A stretch of 64,000 bases of DNA. Source: Octopus sinensis. Lineage: Eukaryota. The position numbers and the translations under genes are program-made. The notes under the pieces are model-generated. The model saw only the letters and a list, made by a program, of their open reading frames with translations. It was not told the DNA's origin and searched no databases. This document shows, in pieces, positions 23,337 to 37,916 of the stretch. Numbering within the stretch: the first letter of the stretch is position 1; each line of letters opens with the position of its first letter. The stretch spans positions 14,818,001 through 14,882,000 of the forward strand of contig NC_043008.1 of NCBI RefSeq assembly GCF_006345805.1. The letters are read 5' to 3'.

Positions 23337-25979
23337 TACGACGGGCTTCTTTCAGTTTCCGTCTACCAAATCCACTCACAAGGCTTTGGTCGATCCGAGG
23401 CTATAGTAGACACTTGTCCAAGGTGCCATGCAGTGAGACTGAACCCGGAACCATGTGGCTGGTAAGCAAGCTACTTACCACACAGCCACTCCTGCACCTA
23501 TAGTGAAATTCCCAACATTAACTTTCCATGGCTATAACAGAAGACACTTGCTCAAGGTACCATGCATTGGGACTGAAACTGGAATGATAATGATGATGAT
23601 GATTCCTAAATTCATACATGCCATAATCTATTTGTTGATTTGGCTGCTATTTCTAGTGGGTTGAATGACAGCTTATTAGCTTGTGGTGAATGACGGCTGA
23701 AGAGGATCTAGAACAGTAGTGTTCAACCATTTTCAGTTCATGTTTTGATTACCCTTTTACTTGCTTCAGTCATTTGACTGTGGCCATGCTAGAGCACCGC
23801 CTTTAGTTGAGCAAATCATCCCTAGCACTTATTCTATCAGTGTCTTTTGCTGAACTGCTAAGTTATGGGGATGTAAATACACCAGCATCGGTTGTCAAGT
23901 GATGGTAGGAGGACAAACACAGACACACAAACATATACACATATGTACATATACATATATACGATGGGCTTCTTTCAGTTTCCATCTACCAAATCCACTC
24001 ACAAGGCTTTGGTCAGCCCGAGGCTATTGTAGAAGACACTTGCCTAAGGTGCCACGCAGTGGGACTGAACCCAGAACCATGTGGTTGGTAAGCAAGCCAC
24101 TTGCCACACAGCCACTCCTACGCCTATGTATATTCTTAACAAAGCAAACAATTATTATTTGACTATATCATCCTAAGGTGTGTTGTGATTGTTCTGTGGT
24201 GAAGCTTGTTGGCAAAGGTGTGATTGAGCATTGTCTAAAAGCATAAGCTCAAATAGACTTTTGAGCCAAAACTGCCGATTCTGTTTACTCAGGAACTGTT
24301 CCTTACCATGCTGTGGACGTCTTTAGCCCTTTTTTTACTCTATTTATTTTGAGATGCTCTCTGTTTCTTTCAATTATTTTAAATATAACAAAGAATTCAG
24401 TAAAATAACTTAGTTATGATTAAGATAGTTTTAGGAACATAAATTGTGACTAAGGTTTGGTGGAAGATTTTAATTCAGAACTTTTGAAAAACAAGATATT
24501 TGTACTACAGGGCCAGAGCCGGTTTCAGCTGGGTTGGTATCAAAAGGGTTAAGCAGGTGTTTGTAATATAAATTAACCTAAAATTTTGAAGGAAGGTTTT
24601 TAACTTAGATCACTTTAACCCTTTCGTTATTGTATTTCTGTTGAGATGCTCTGTGTTTCTTTCAATTAATTTTAAATATAACAAAGAATTTAGGAGAATA
24701 ACTTAGTTATTATTAAGCCGGTGTTAAGAACATAAATTGTGACTAAGGTTTGGTGGAAGATTTGAATTCAGACATTTATACTACGGGGCCAGAGCCAGTT
24801 TCAGCTGGGTTGGTAACGAAAGGGTTAATGGATCACATGGCTCCTTTAACTTTCATCGGTCAGGCCAGCAGCAAAAAGAAAAGGAAACAGAATAAACAAC
24901 TTAAAGGGTGGCCTGATGAAAAAGAAAAAAAAAAAAAAAACAAGTAAGCTGTAAGATGATTTGACATTTTGAAGGAAGTTTAACGAGTTCCCCATGAATA
25001 CAGATGTCACTGCCACCAAAGGGTCAACTAAAACAGTTTGGGCTTGTGGGACATGTTGCATGACTAAAAGCCTTATATATTTCTTTACTGCCCACAAGGG
25101 GCTAAACATAGAGGGGACAAAGAAGGACAGACAAACGGATTAAGTCGATTACATCGACCCCAGTGCGTAACTGGTACTTAATTTATCGACCCCGAAAGGA
25201 TGAAAGGCAAAGTCGACCTCGGCGGAATTTGAACTCAGAAAGTAACGACAGACGAAATACCGCTAAGCATTTCGCCCGGCGTGCTAACGTTTCTGCCTGC
25301 TCGTCGTCTTGTATCATCATCATCATCATTTAATGTCTGTTTTCCCTGCTGGCATGGGTTGGATGGCTTGGCAGGAATTGGCAAGGCCAGGGGGGGCCAC
25401 ACAATATTCTGTTTTGGATTTGTTTTTACCGCTGAATGCCCTTCCTAATGCCTACCACTCTACAGAGTGCACTGGGTGCTTTTTATGTGACACAAATCAC
25501 CAGTGCTTTTTCACATAGCACCTTAGTTTTAGGATCTTAATTCTGTTGTGGTAGCCGGGTCTTATCAGGTACTGCAATGCACCACATATCATGGCCGTTG
25601 CCAGCCTCGCCTGGCACCTGGGCCAGTGGCACGTAAAAAAGCACCCACTACACTCACGGAGTGGTTGGTGTTAGGAAGGGCATCCAGCTATAGAAACACT
25701 GCCACATCAGACTGGGCCTGGTGCAGCCTCCTGACTTCCCAGACCCCAGTTGAACCATCCAACCCTTGCTAGTATGAAAAGCGGATGTTAAATGATGATG
25801 ATGTCATCTTCTGTATAAGGTTTGGTATTTTGAGATCGGTCTTCAGTACTTCATCCCGTGTCTTTCTGGGTCTCCCTTTTCCACAATTTCCCTCTACTTT
25901 AAGTGATCGGCACTTCTTGAAAACCAAATGTGTCTGCCTTCGTTTTGATTAGGAATCCAAGAATCGTATGTTATCAGGC

Positions 25980-26720
25980 TGGTCAACAATCTTGTGGTTT
26001 TATTGAACTGGAATTTGTTTGGCTCTGATGTTATACAGGGGGGAGGATTTCACCCTAAATGCATAAATCCAACAGTTAAGCAAAGTGGAGATAACATCAT
26101 GGTTTAGGGATACATCTTCCTCATCTTTCTAATGCCCAATTTTCCATGCTTGCATACATCAGAAAGAATTCATTGAGGTAGATTTTCTATGGCTGGATGC
26201 TCTTCCTGTTTCCAACCCTCCACTTTCCAAGCATGATGATATATTCTCATGGCTGGACATCCTCATGGAAGATTGGAAACAACACTGCTTGTATGACAGT
26301 GATACTTATTTACAACAACTCTGCAATGTGAAGATCAGGGTGTACAAGCTCACACATTGTGCTTCTTCCAGTTTCTGTCCACCAGGTCCACTCGCAAGAC
26401 TTTGGTCAACCTAGGGCTGCAGGGGAAGATGCTTGTTCAAGGAGCCATGCAGTGAGACTGAACCTGAAATTATGTGGTTGGGAAGCAAACTTCTTGATCA
26501 CTTAACCATAGCTGTACCTATGTCCAAAAAAGTAGCTGATCTCATACACCAGGTTAAGGGCTTCATGTGCAACAATACAGCCCATATCATGGGAGAAGAT
26601 ATATCAAGTGTCAGTTGGGTCAGTCATGAATTGATAAGCTTGGCATTGACCAGAAGCTTAGTGCAAGAATAATCAAGGAATTCCTCAAAACAAGATTATC
26701 CAAATGCTGCAATGGCCATC
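25980..26720 (+). mobile_element. Highly decayed Tc1 transposase fragments interrupted by SINEs
   Basis: NLFGSD, PTVKQSGDNIMV*G (cf. PTVKHGGGSIMVWG) and IIKEFLK/QMLQWPS (cf. VLEWPSQSPD). Confidence 0.5.
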
Positions 26721-28260
26721 ACTTCTCAATCGTTACATTTTGTTGAAAAAATATATTTTTTTTTGAATTGACTAAATTGGAGCGGCTGCGTGGAAAATTG
26801 CTTGCTTACCAACCACATGGTTCCAGGTTCAGTTCCACTGCGTGGCACCTTGGGCAAGTGTCTTCTACTCCAAGATGAGGACACATATCCATCAAATGTA
26901 AATAATGCATATATATCTCTGTATCTGTATCATCATCATTTAACGCCTGTTTTTCATGCTGGTATGGGTTGGATGGTTTGACAGGAGCTGACCAACTGCC
27001 CAGGTTCCATGTCAGTTTTGGTATGCTTTCTATGGCTGGATGCCCTTCCTAACACCAACCTCTTTACAGAGTGTACTGGGTGCTTTTAAGCAGCGCTGGC
27101 CCAGGTACATTTACATGGCACCAGCACCCACAAGCCAGCAAGGTTAGGAATGCTCAGCTAGAGAGGGATGCAGGGGACATGCCCCTGTATGCAAGGACAG
27201 CTCTGCTTTTACTTAGCTTGACATGACATCCCAAACACGGCAAACTGCCAGGAGTCTCTCTGTCCCCTTTTATCCCTTCTATGAGTCCCAACACCATGTT
27301 CTTTTATTTTTTTTACTTGTTTCAGACATTTAACTGTAGCCAAGCTGGAGCACTATCTTAATGGGTTTTTAATTGAAGAAATCAACCCCGGGACTTATTC
27401 TTTGTAAGCCTAGTACTTATTCTATCAGTCTCTTTGGCTGAACTGCTAAGTTACATGGATGTAAACACACCAGCATTGGTTGTCAAGCAATGGTAGGGGG
27501 ACAAACACACAACTGTATACACATACACACAAACATAGCAGGCTTCTTTCAGTTTCCGTCTACCAAATCCACTCACAAGACACTGGTTGGTCCAAGGCTA
27601 CAATGAAAGACTCTTACCCAAGGTTCCACACAATGGGACTGAACCCAGAGCCATGGGGTTAGGAAGCAAGCTTCTTACCGCACACCTATGTGTGATTAGT
27701 TTGATAGAATCCAAGTTTTAGTTTCAGTACAATTTGGAACTTAGTACAAATTTTTTGTTTCCAATTGGTGCATCATGCAAATTCATAATTTTTGATGTAG
27801 GAGACAGTTCTTTTCTGTTAACGATTATTGATAGCAGTACTTTAAGTAGCACGTGAATATAACGAAGGATTAATAATTAGAGACAACGGTTAACACAGAT
27901 GTTGCCACGTTTGATTGACGTGCCTCACAAGTTTAAAATATTGATTTCAAATTCTGGTAGAAGGCCAGCAATTCCAGGAGAATGGATAAGTTGATTATAT
28001 TGAGCTTAATTAGTCCTCAACTGTTACTTATTATATTGACCCTGAAAGGATGGGAGGTAAAGTTGATCTTCATCATTGTCATTATTTAACGTCTGTTTTT
28101 CATGCTGGCATGGATTGAATGGTTTGACTGGGGACTAGCGAGCCAGAAGGCTGCACCAAGCTCCAGTCTGATCTGGCAAGGTTTCTACTGCTGGATGCCC
28201 TTCCTAGCGCCATCCACTCTGACTAAACAGCATAGTACTTACTTGTACTTGTGGCGACAT

Positions 28261-28500
28261 TCACCCTGGGCGGGTTGAGTCGGCTTCTTCTACCACCCTT
28301 GAGGCATCTTGAACCATGGCAGCCCACGCACGACGGTTCTGCGCCAGTTCACTGGAGATAGCGAGCCAGTCACGGTTCCATCGGCACAGGCCGACCACCT
28401 GCAGACCCGTGAGCACGGAGAGGTCCTCCTTGATCGTTGTAGCCCAGGTCTTCAGCTGCCACAGCATAGTAGGGTCAGTTGGGTACCATCTGTGAGAAAA
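28261..28500 (-). mobile_element. RTE/BovB-like LINE 3' fragment
   Basis: KTWATTIKEDL...LAQNRRAWAAMV motif. Confidence 0.75.
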
Positions 28501-28618
28501 ACAGCACCATGACATAATTCACTCTGTCAGAAATTTGGAAACAACATGCTATACTGCTTGGCATTCACATTGGAAACTCCTGTTTGAACATTTCAGAGTG
28601 TTTGGGTGTCAATGTGAG

Positions 28619-29233
28619 GACATGTACTAAGAGTGATTAAAATCAAACATCCAGTCAGCATCATGGCGTTTGGAGTGATCACTAGTGATGGTGAGACATT
28701 ATGCCTCCAGTCATCTTTCTACACGGCCTCAGACTCTACACGGAGACCTACATCAAGTACCTGGAGGAGGTAGTGCTGCCCTAGATAAAGAAGGTGGCTG
28801 CTGGAAGATCCTATGTTTGGCAACACGACTCTGCACCATGTCACACAAGCAGGAGAACCCAGTCATGGCTGTCAGACAATTTCTGCAACCACATCACCCC
28901 TAACATCTGGACACCTAACTTCCCAAACTGCAATCCCTTTTATTATTATTTGTGGGGCGCAGTTGAGTCAGAGAGCAACAAAACTCCTTGTAACACCAAA
29001 GATGAACTGAGGTCAAGGATTATGGCAGCATTCACCAACTTAAACAAGGAGACTGTCTTGGAGAGTTGCAGGAGATTCCAAAGTCGCCTGGCTGCCGTGG
29101 CTGAAGCCAATGATGATTTTATTGAATAGATTTACTCTAGTAATTCAAGATATTTTTATGTAATTTTGGTAAAATGAGATTCAGTGTTATTTTCATTTTC
29201 ATGTAATTTAGATGATAGTTTATTCACTGCACC

Positions 29234-29238
<5 letters not shown>
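28619..29238 (+). mobile_element. Tc1/mariner superfamily (maT/DD37D-like) 3' fragment
   Basis: YVWQHDSAPCH...WTPNFPNCNPFYYYLWG...FIE*; ends CACCCTG|TA in a (TA)n tract. Confidence 0.85.
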
Positions 29239-29278
<40 letters not shown>

Positions 29279-30328
29279 ATATATATATCATCATCATCAT
29301 CGTTTAACGTCTGCTTTGACTGAGGGCTGGCGAGCCAGATGGCTGCACCAGACTCCAATATATATATATATAAATATCCGATCGTGGCCACTGCCAGCCT
29401 CGCCTGGCCTCCGTGCCGGTGGCACGTAAAAAGCACCATCCGATCGTGGCCGTTTGCCAACCTCGTCTGGCACGTAAAAAGCACCCACTACACTCATGGA
29501 GTGGTTGGCGTTAGGAAGGGCATCCAGCCGTAGAAACATTGCCAGATCAGAGTGGGCCTGGTGCAGCCATCTGGCTTCCCAGACCCCAGTTGCACCATCC
29601 AATCCATGCTAGCATGGAAAGCAGACGTTAAACGATGATGATGAGCCTAGACCAGGCTGTGTGTTGTGTTCTTGAGCAAGGCACTTTATTTCACGTTGTT
29701 CCAGTTCAGTCATCTGTAGAAATGAGTTGTAAGGGCTTGGTCTTGAGTCACACTACAGAAGGAAATGGGATAACAGGAGACTGATAGAAGAGAAAATGTT
29801 AGAAAGGGAGTTGTGGGGGAAAGCTTGACAGAACCTCAATTCTTATTTCTTTACTACCCACAAGGGGCTAAACATAGAGAGAGACAAACAAGGACAGACA
29901 AACAGATTAAGTCGATTACATCGACTCCAGTGCATGACTGGTACTTAATTTATCGACCCTGAAAGGATGAAAGGCAAAGTTGACCTCGACAGAATTTGAA
30001 CTCAGAACGTAACAGCAGACGAAATACCACTAAGCATTTCGCCCAGCGTGCTAACGTTTCTGCCAGCTCACTCAGTTCTGCTGAGATGGACTGGTCTTCT
30101 CAGGCACAGTTTGCTGCTGTTCATCTTGGTTCCCTTGTCATCTCGTCTCAGAAGCTCAGTATGAGGTCATTCTTCACCACTTTGTCCCGTGTCTTCTTAA
30201 TCCTCCTCCTCTTCAACAGGCTCCTTCCATCTTTTTAGCTGTTAGCTTTTCTTTATGCAACTGCCCTCATCCATCTACATCACATGATTTCACACACACA
30301 CAAATACACACACATCTGTGTATATATA

Positions 30329-30359
<31 letters not shown>

Positions 30360-32290
30360 GGAGTGGCTGTGTGGTAAGTAGCTTGCTAACCAACCACATG
30401 GTTCCGGATTTCAGTCCTACTGCGTGGCATCTTGGGCAAGTGTCTTCTGCTATAGCCCCGGGCCGACCAATGCCTTGTGAGTGGATTTGATAGACGGAAA
30501 CTGAAAGAAGCCTGTCGTATATATGTGTCTATATATATATATATGTATGTGTGTGTTTGTGTGTCAGTGTTTGTCTCCCTAGCATTGCTTGACAACCGAT
30601 GCTGGTGTGTTTACGTCCCCGTCACTTAGCGGTTCGACAAAAGAGACCGATAGAATAAGTACTGGGCTTACAAAGAATAAGTCTCGGGGTCGATTTGCTC
30701 GACTAAAGGCGGTGCTCCAGCATGGCCGCAGTCAAATGACTGAAACAAGTAAAAGAGTAAGAGTATATATATATATAATGAAATTATTGTATACAGTGCT
30801 CAGGTGCTCCCACATATGTGGGTGTGTGGAGGAGGGAGTGGGAACAGTAGAATCTGAGGAAACAAGTGATGGACTATTGAAATGCACACACACATACAAA
30901 CACTCACATAACTTAGTTTTCATTACTATCCATTTGCATCCGTGAAAACCCCTCCCATCAATTTGGTTTTGTTTTGTTCTTTCTCGAGCCATGCCTGGTT
31001 CATAAGGGCCAGTTTCCCCGGTTTCCTTGGCGTATAGGTTCCCCATTTGTATAGGATGCTGGTCCGTCACAGGTGAGCTTCAAGATGCAGGAGGAAAGAG
31101 TGAGAGAAAGTTGATGGCGAAAGAGTCAGCAGAAGTTTGCCATTACCTTCTGCCAGAGCCGCATGGAGCTTAAGTGTTGCGCTCATAAACGCACACATCG
31201 CCCGGTCTGAGATTCGAACCCGCGATCTCTCGACCGCGAGTCCGCTGCACTAACCACTAGGCCATGTGCCTGCTGAAATATTATTCCATGGTCAGACACG
31301 TTCTTGCCAAATAACACACACACACACACGTGAATGTGTTGTTAAGTTATCGGATAACCATATTTTAATAATTGACCTTTCTTGTATTCTTAGCGCCTTC
31401 CTTAGTTGTCAGGATCACAAGACAAAACACACATCTGACATTAACACCGTAGCTCTCTCTAAGTACAAGAAGCCGTCTTCTGTTGTTAGATTCTGTAGAA
31501 TGCAACAAGATGACCTTTTATAATATCAAAATATTTCTCAACTAACCAGAAATTATCACTAGAAATATAGGCATTATATCAGTTTATATTGTTGTCAATT
31601 CTCACGATTGTCTTGTTTTTTTTTCCTTGTTTTGTTTTGATTCTCTTAAACTTCATATATTTCTTTTATTTATTTGTTCCAATTATTAACTGCAGCAATC
31701 CTGCTGTGGTGCTTAAGATGCCTTTGAGTTAAGTTATATTGACCTCAACAAGGCGAGCTGGCAGAAACGTTAGCACGCAGGGCGAAATGCTTTGTGGTAT
31801 TTCGTCTGTCGTTACGTTCTGAGTTCAAATTCCGTCGAGGTCGACTTTGCCTTTCATCCTTTCGGGGTCAATAAATAAAATACCAGTTTCGCATTGGGGT
31901 CGATGTAATCAACTTAATCCCTTTGTCTGTCCTTGTTTGTCCCCTCTATATTTAGCCCCTTGTGGGCAATAAAGAAATATATATTGACCTCAACAAGTTA
32001 TCTTGACCTTATTTCATTGCTGTCATAATACAAGCATTCCCTCCCGCCGTGTTAGAATTATCTCAAGTCATGTGAGTTTATATATACGCAGGAATTGTAA
32101 AGTGTGACCGCATTCTGGGACGTGGTTTGTAATTTCACTCTTATAGAAACTTCAGTATATTTTGAGAATTTAAAAACTGCACTTGCTTTTTTAATCAAAA
32201 GGCCACTTCTTGGTGTTTTAGCTCAGATCAAAGAGGTTAACGATCTGAAAAAAACTATAACCACAAAACACACCAACCCACACGCATATG

Positions 32291-32324
<34 letters not shown>

Positions 32325-32474
32325 CGTGTTTGTGTGTGTGTGTGTGTATGTGTGTGTGTGTGTGTGTGTATACAAGTGATTGTATATGTATTGCTGTAAA
32401 CACTTGAAGTGTGAGGTGGAAGTTTCCAGTGTGAATATTTGTGTGTTTGTGTATTTTTTTTTGTCAATTTATCT

Positions 32475-32870
32475 CATACACACACACTTTGCATACACAT
32501 GTGCATACATACTCGCATACACACTTGTATACACACTCACACATACACTCGCATACACACTCACATACACACTCACACACACTCACATACACACTTTGCA
32601 TACACATTCGCATATACACTCGTATACGCACTCGCACACACACTTTGCATACACACTTACACACACACACTTTGCATACACATTCGCATACATACTCGCA
32701 TACACACTCACACACACTTTGCATACACATTCGCATACACACTCACACACACACTTTGCATACACATTCGCATACACACTCACACACACACTTTGCATAC
32801 ACATTCGCATACACACTCGTATATCCACTCACATACACAGTTACATACACTCACACACGTACACATATAT
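32475..32870 (+). repeat. Minisatellite CTTTGCATACACATTCGCATACACACT(CA)n
   Basis: Directly visible units of about 35-40 bp. Confidence 0.9.
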
Positions 32871-33961
32871 ATGTGTGTATCTCGACCTTCACCAACCCAA
32901 CCAGCATCAACATCAAAACCAATCCAACCACTGCCATTACTGACTCATCAACTTCTTAATGACCATCACCAGTGGTATGAACAAGACAAGCGACTCCATC
33001 CAAAATGAAAACAGCGACTTGAAATAATGTCGGTCTCTTAGTGTATTTCAATAGTTGAATTAAATGTCTCTGATTTTAGGTCAACCAAGATTAACCGGAG
33101 TCTAAATAGCAACAACAATACTATTAGCAAGAATAATACAACCACTGCCCCCCACCATCCTGAAATCCAATACAACCATCACCACCACCATCACTGCTAC
33201 CACCAGTCCAACAACTTTTGAATAACTGACGGGCAATCTTTAGCTATATATATATTGTATGTCAATAGGGCGGTGAGCTGGCAGAATCGTTAGCACGCCT
33301 GGCGAAATGCTTAGCAGTGTTTCATCTGCTGTTACGTTCTGAGTTCAAATTCTGCCAAGGTCGACTTTGCCTTTCATCCTTTCGGGGTCGATTAAATAAG
33401 TACCAGTTACGCACTGGGGTCGATGTAATCGACTTAATCCGTTTGTCTGTCCTTGTTTGTCCCCTCTATGTGTAGCCCCTTGTTAGTAGTAAAGAAATAG
33501 GTATTTTGTCTGTCGTTACGTTCTGAGTTCAAATTCCACTGAGGTCGACTTTGCCTTTCATCCTTTCGGGGTTGATAAATAAAGTACCAGTTTCGCACTG
33601 GGGTCGATATCATCATCATCACCGTTTAGCGTCCGCTTTCCATTCTAGCATGGGTTGGACGGTTCAACTGGGGTCTGGGAAGCCAGAAGACTGCACCAGG
33701 CCCAGTCTGATCTGGCAGTGTTTCTACGGCTGGATGCCCTTCCTAACGCCAACCACTCTGTGAGTGTAGTGGGTGCTTTTACATGCCACCGGCACAGGTG
33801 CCAGACGAAGCTGGCAAATGGCCACGATCAGATGGTGCTTAATCCCTTTGTCTGTCCTTGTTTGTCCCCTCTATGTTTAGCCCCTTGTGGGCAATAAAGA
33901 AATATATATATATATATTGTATGTCAACCTGATGTCTGTGTGTGTAGATTTTATGGCTTAA

Positions 33962-34404
33962 CCCTTTAGCATTCAGAAATACCTTGTCAAATGTAATGCT
34001 TATTTATTGACATTGATTTGAGTTAGTCATGCGTTACCTTGTAGCTTTGAGATTTCAATGATGTGATTGTTTATTTTTAGAATGACATTGTGAGGTTGAT
34101 ATGTGAGGCTGGTTATGGCTAGTTTGAAAATAAACAGGTAGAATATTTGGGTTGGATGTGGCTGGTTTAACCCTTTCGTTACTGTATTTATTTTGAGATG
34201 CTCTCTGTTTCTTTCAATTCATTGTACATATAACAAAGAATTTGGTAAAATAACAGTTATCATTCAGCTAGTGTTAGGAATATAAATTGTGACTATGGTT
34301 TGGTGGAAGATTTTTATTCAAAACTTATGAAAACAAGACATTTGTATTCAGAGCCAGAGCCGGTTTCAGCCAGATTGGTAATGAAAGGGTTAAATGCTAA
34401 ACGG
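33962..34404 (+). mobile_element. Second piggyBac-like MITE family, host of the nested insertion; another copy at 1-170
   Basis: TTAA|CCCTTTAGCATT start; ATGCTAAA.GG end resumes after the inner element. Confidence 0.7.
34171..34389 (+). mobile_element. piggyBac-like MITE (TTAA|CCCTTT...AAAGGG|TTAA), six copies
   Basis: TTAA target duplication at 34167-34170 and 34390-34393. Copies: about 24327-24548, 24619-24824, 35702-35922, about 35940-36164, 46898-47118. Confidence 0.85.
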
Positions 34405-36197
34405 TGAAGCCAGAGATGCAAGGGGTCCATGAACCTGGTAACCCTTTAATTATCTGTAATCATGCAGGACCTTCACCTCACACCTTTGCACCTTTTCATT
34501 ATCACATTTCCATCGTTCACATCCCTAGAAGTAAAACAACAGGATTTTGCTCTCACAAATCAGTTCTTTCCTAGTCCCACCCCTTTTTTTTTTGTAAACT
34601 ACATATTTGTTGTGAATTAAAGTTGATCCCTGTTGCTATTGGATTTACCCACAATTCAAGATGTCTGGAAAGAAGTGATCGAGTGCAAACAGCGGAACTG
34701 ATCTTGGACGTTAAAACTTAGTGTGCACATGCACAGCAGAGTTCAAGGTCAATCAGTGCCAAGTGGCTTCACTCTCCGTGCTTTAGCTTTGTTACTATAG
34801 CAACAGTCTGGATACTTATTGATCAGATCACAAAGATTATTTAAATAAAAAACAGCTAATTTGGTGCAGTGGTTTCTTATTCTTATTTCTTTACTGCCCG
34901 CAAGGGGCTACACACAGAGGGGACAAACAAGGACAGACAAACAGATTAAGTCGATCATATCGACCCCAGTGCTTAACTGGTACTTATTTAATCGACTCCG
35001 AAAGGATGAAAGGCAAAGTTGACCTCGGCGGAATTTGAACTCCGAAATGTAGTGGCAGATGAAATACGGCTAAGCATTTCGCCCGGCGTGCTAACGTTTC
35101 TGCCAGCTTGCCGCTTATTCTTATTCTGTCCACCATGTACCTCTTGTGAAAGCACATGGCCTGGTGGTCAGGCCGTTGCACCCATGATCACAAGATCATG
35201 GTTTCAATTCCTGGCTGAGGCAGTGTGTTGTGTTCTTGAGCAAAACACTTCATTTTTCATGGCCCCAGCCCCCTCAGCTCTAAATGAATAACCCTGTGAA
35301 GAACTGGCATCTCATCTTGGGGTATTACTGTGATCTTACTCACTTATGCACTCTGGAAATTGGGTAACTAATCCTATAAGTCTCGAGATAGTAATGTCCA
35401 AGAGACTTATGTAAATGTGCTTCTTTCCCTTACATTCTAATCTAAAATGTTTATATTATTTTCCACTTTAAGGTGAAGAACTGGCAGAATCATTAGGGTA
35501 TTGGGGCAAAATGCTTAGCAGCTTCTCATCCATCATTACATTTTGAGTTCAAATTCCACTAAGGTCGACTTTGCCTTTCATCCTTTTGGGGTTGATAAAA
35601 TAAGTACCAGTTGTATACTGGGATTGATGTAATCACCTATTCTCCTCCCCTGAAATTGCTGGTCGTGTGCCTAAATTTGAAATCCTTATTTTCCACTTTA
35701 ACCCTTTTGATACCAACCCAGCTGAAACTGCCTCTGGCTCTATTGTACAAATGTCTTGTTTTCATAAGTTCTGAATTAAAATCTTCCACCAAGCCTTAGT
35801 CACAATTTATGTTCTTAACACTAGCTTAATGATAACTAAGTTAATTTACTAAATTCTTTGTTATATTTAAAATCAATTGAAAGAAACACAGGGCAGCTCA
35901 AGAGAAAAATGGAGCAAAAGGGTTAACAAATGATTAATTTAGCCAATATGATACCAGCCCGGCTGAAACCACCTCTGGCTCTGTAGTACAAATGTCTTGT
36001 TTTCATAAGTTCTGAAATAAAATCTTTCACCAAAACTTTGTCACAATTTATGTTCCTGACACTAGCTTTATTATAACTAAGTTATTTTACTAAACTTCTT
36101 GTTGTATTTAAAATTAATTGAAAGAAACACAGAGCATCTCAACAGAAATACGGTAACAAAAGGGTTAATCTGTTTTTTTCTTAATTTTCTGTTTTAG

Positions 36198-36247
36198 GTT
36201 TCTCTGCTGAATTCTGGTGATTCTGATGATGAAGACTTCTTTCTCAA
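36198..36247 (+). CDS. VAMP4: VAMP4 exon 2 (VSLLNSGDSDDEDFFL/K)
   Basis: TTTTAG| acceptor, AA|GTAAGT donor; dileucine plus acidic cluster resembling human NLLEDDSDEEEDFFLR. Confidence 0.92.
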
Positions 36248-37429
36248 GTAAGTTCCTCATTCCCATTTCACTTCTAATTTTATACACACAGTGTATCTAC
36301 AAGGGTGAGTCAAAAAGTAATGCCAGTTTGTTTAGGACAGGTATAATTGCCAACACAGGAACATGTATCATGCATCAAAATGAAGCTGGTCCTCTGTGGA
36401 TCACATCCCTGCTTCTCAACATAGTCACTGTTTCTTTCAATAGCAATGTTCCACCTTCGAGTGAACACAAACAAACCAATGCTGGTTGTCAAGTGGTGAT
36501 GGGACAAATGCACCCCACCACATATTTGTGTATAGTGAGCTTCCATCCAGTTTCCATAATTCCACCAAATTCACTCACAAGGCATTGGTCGACCTGGACC
36601 TGTAGTCAAAGACACTTCTTGCCTAAGGTACCACTTAGTAGGACTGAACCTGGAACGATATGGTTGCAAAGCAAACTTCTTAACCTCACAACCATATGAT
36701 TAGTTTAATTACCATGGAGGAGTCAGAGCCAGTGCTACTATAAACTGAGGAGTCAAAGTGGGAGTCGAAGATTCTGTGCACAGACTCCAAAAATATACAA
36801 AGTGTTTTGTAATTTTCTTGTAATTTTACTCTCGTTAATTGCTGTTGGTAGGAAATTAAGAAATCCTGGGTGGTTTTGGCTGTTGATGCGTATTTACAAT
36901 TTTAGATGCGTTGGATTGGGTTACAAAACTGAGACATTGTGTTGAAACTCAAGCAGTTGCATCGTGGGAAACATGATAGAAATTTAAAACACACACACAC
37001 ACACAAAGCCATTATAGCTACCTTTGTAATAGTATCAAAGTCATTTTTGTCCATCTGTCACCTGATCATAAATAACAGGCCATTTTGTAGGTTTAAAAAA
37101 AAACTTGGGAGTTTTACATAAATAATCTAACATTCATCATTATCATCATCGTTTAATGTCTGCTTTCCATGCTAGCATGGGTTGGACGATTTGACTGAGG
37201 TCTGGTGAACCAGATGGTTGCACCAGACTCCAATCTTGATCTGGCAGAGTCTCTACAGCTGGATGCCCTTCCTAACGCCAACCACTCTGAGAGTGTAGTG
37301 GGTGCTTTTTACGTGCCACTGGCATGTGGGCCAGTCAGGTGGCACTGGCAATGACCACTGTGCTTTTTATGTGCCACCTGCACAGAGGCCAGCTTGTTGC
37401 CCTGGCACTGATCAAACTCATATGGTACT

Positions 37430-37916
37430 CTTAGCGTGCCACTAGCACGGATGCCAGTCATCGAATTTGATTTTGATTTCACGTGCCTCAACAGGTCTTC
37501 GCAAACGGAGTTTAGTGTCCAATGAAGGAAAAGTATGCATAAGTGGGCTGGTTATACCCCTAACATAGGCCACAAGGTTATGGTCTCACTTAAGCTTGCT
37601 GAGTCTTCTCAAGCACAGCATATTTCCAAAGGTCCCAGTCACTAGTCATTGCCTCGGTGAGGCCCAATGTTTGAAGGTCATGCTTCACTACTCCATCCCA
37701 CGTCTTCCTGGGTTTGCCCCTTCCACAAGTTCCCTCAAGTGCTAGGGTGTGACACTTTTTCACACAGCTATCCACATCCATTCTCACCACATGGCCATAC
37801 CAGCGCAGTCGTCTCTCTAGCACACCACATCTGATGCTTCTTAGGTCCAACTTTTCTCTCAAGGCATTTACACTCTGTCGAGTATGAACACTGACATTAC
37901 ACATGCAGACTAACAC
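37430..37916 (-). mobile_element. RTE LINE 3' fragment contiguous with the family-C 3' UTR
   Basis: LREKLDLRSIRCGVLERRLRWYGHVVRM...GRGKPRKTW; related pieces at 42590-42745 and 44860-45215 (+). Confidence 0.88.
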
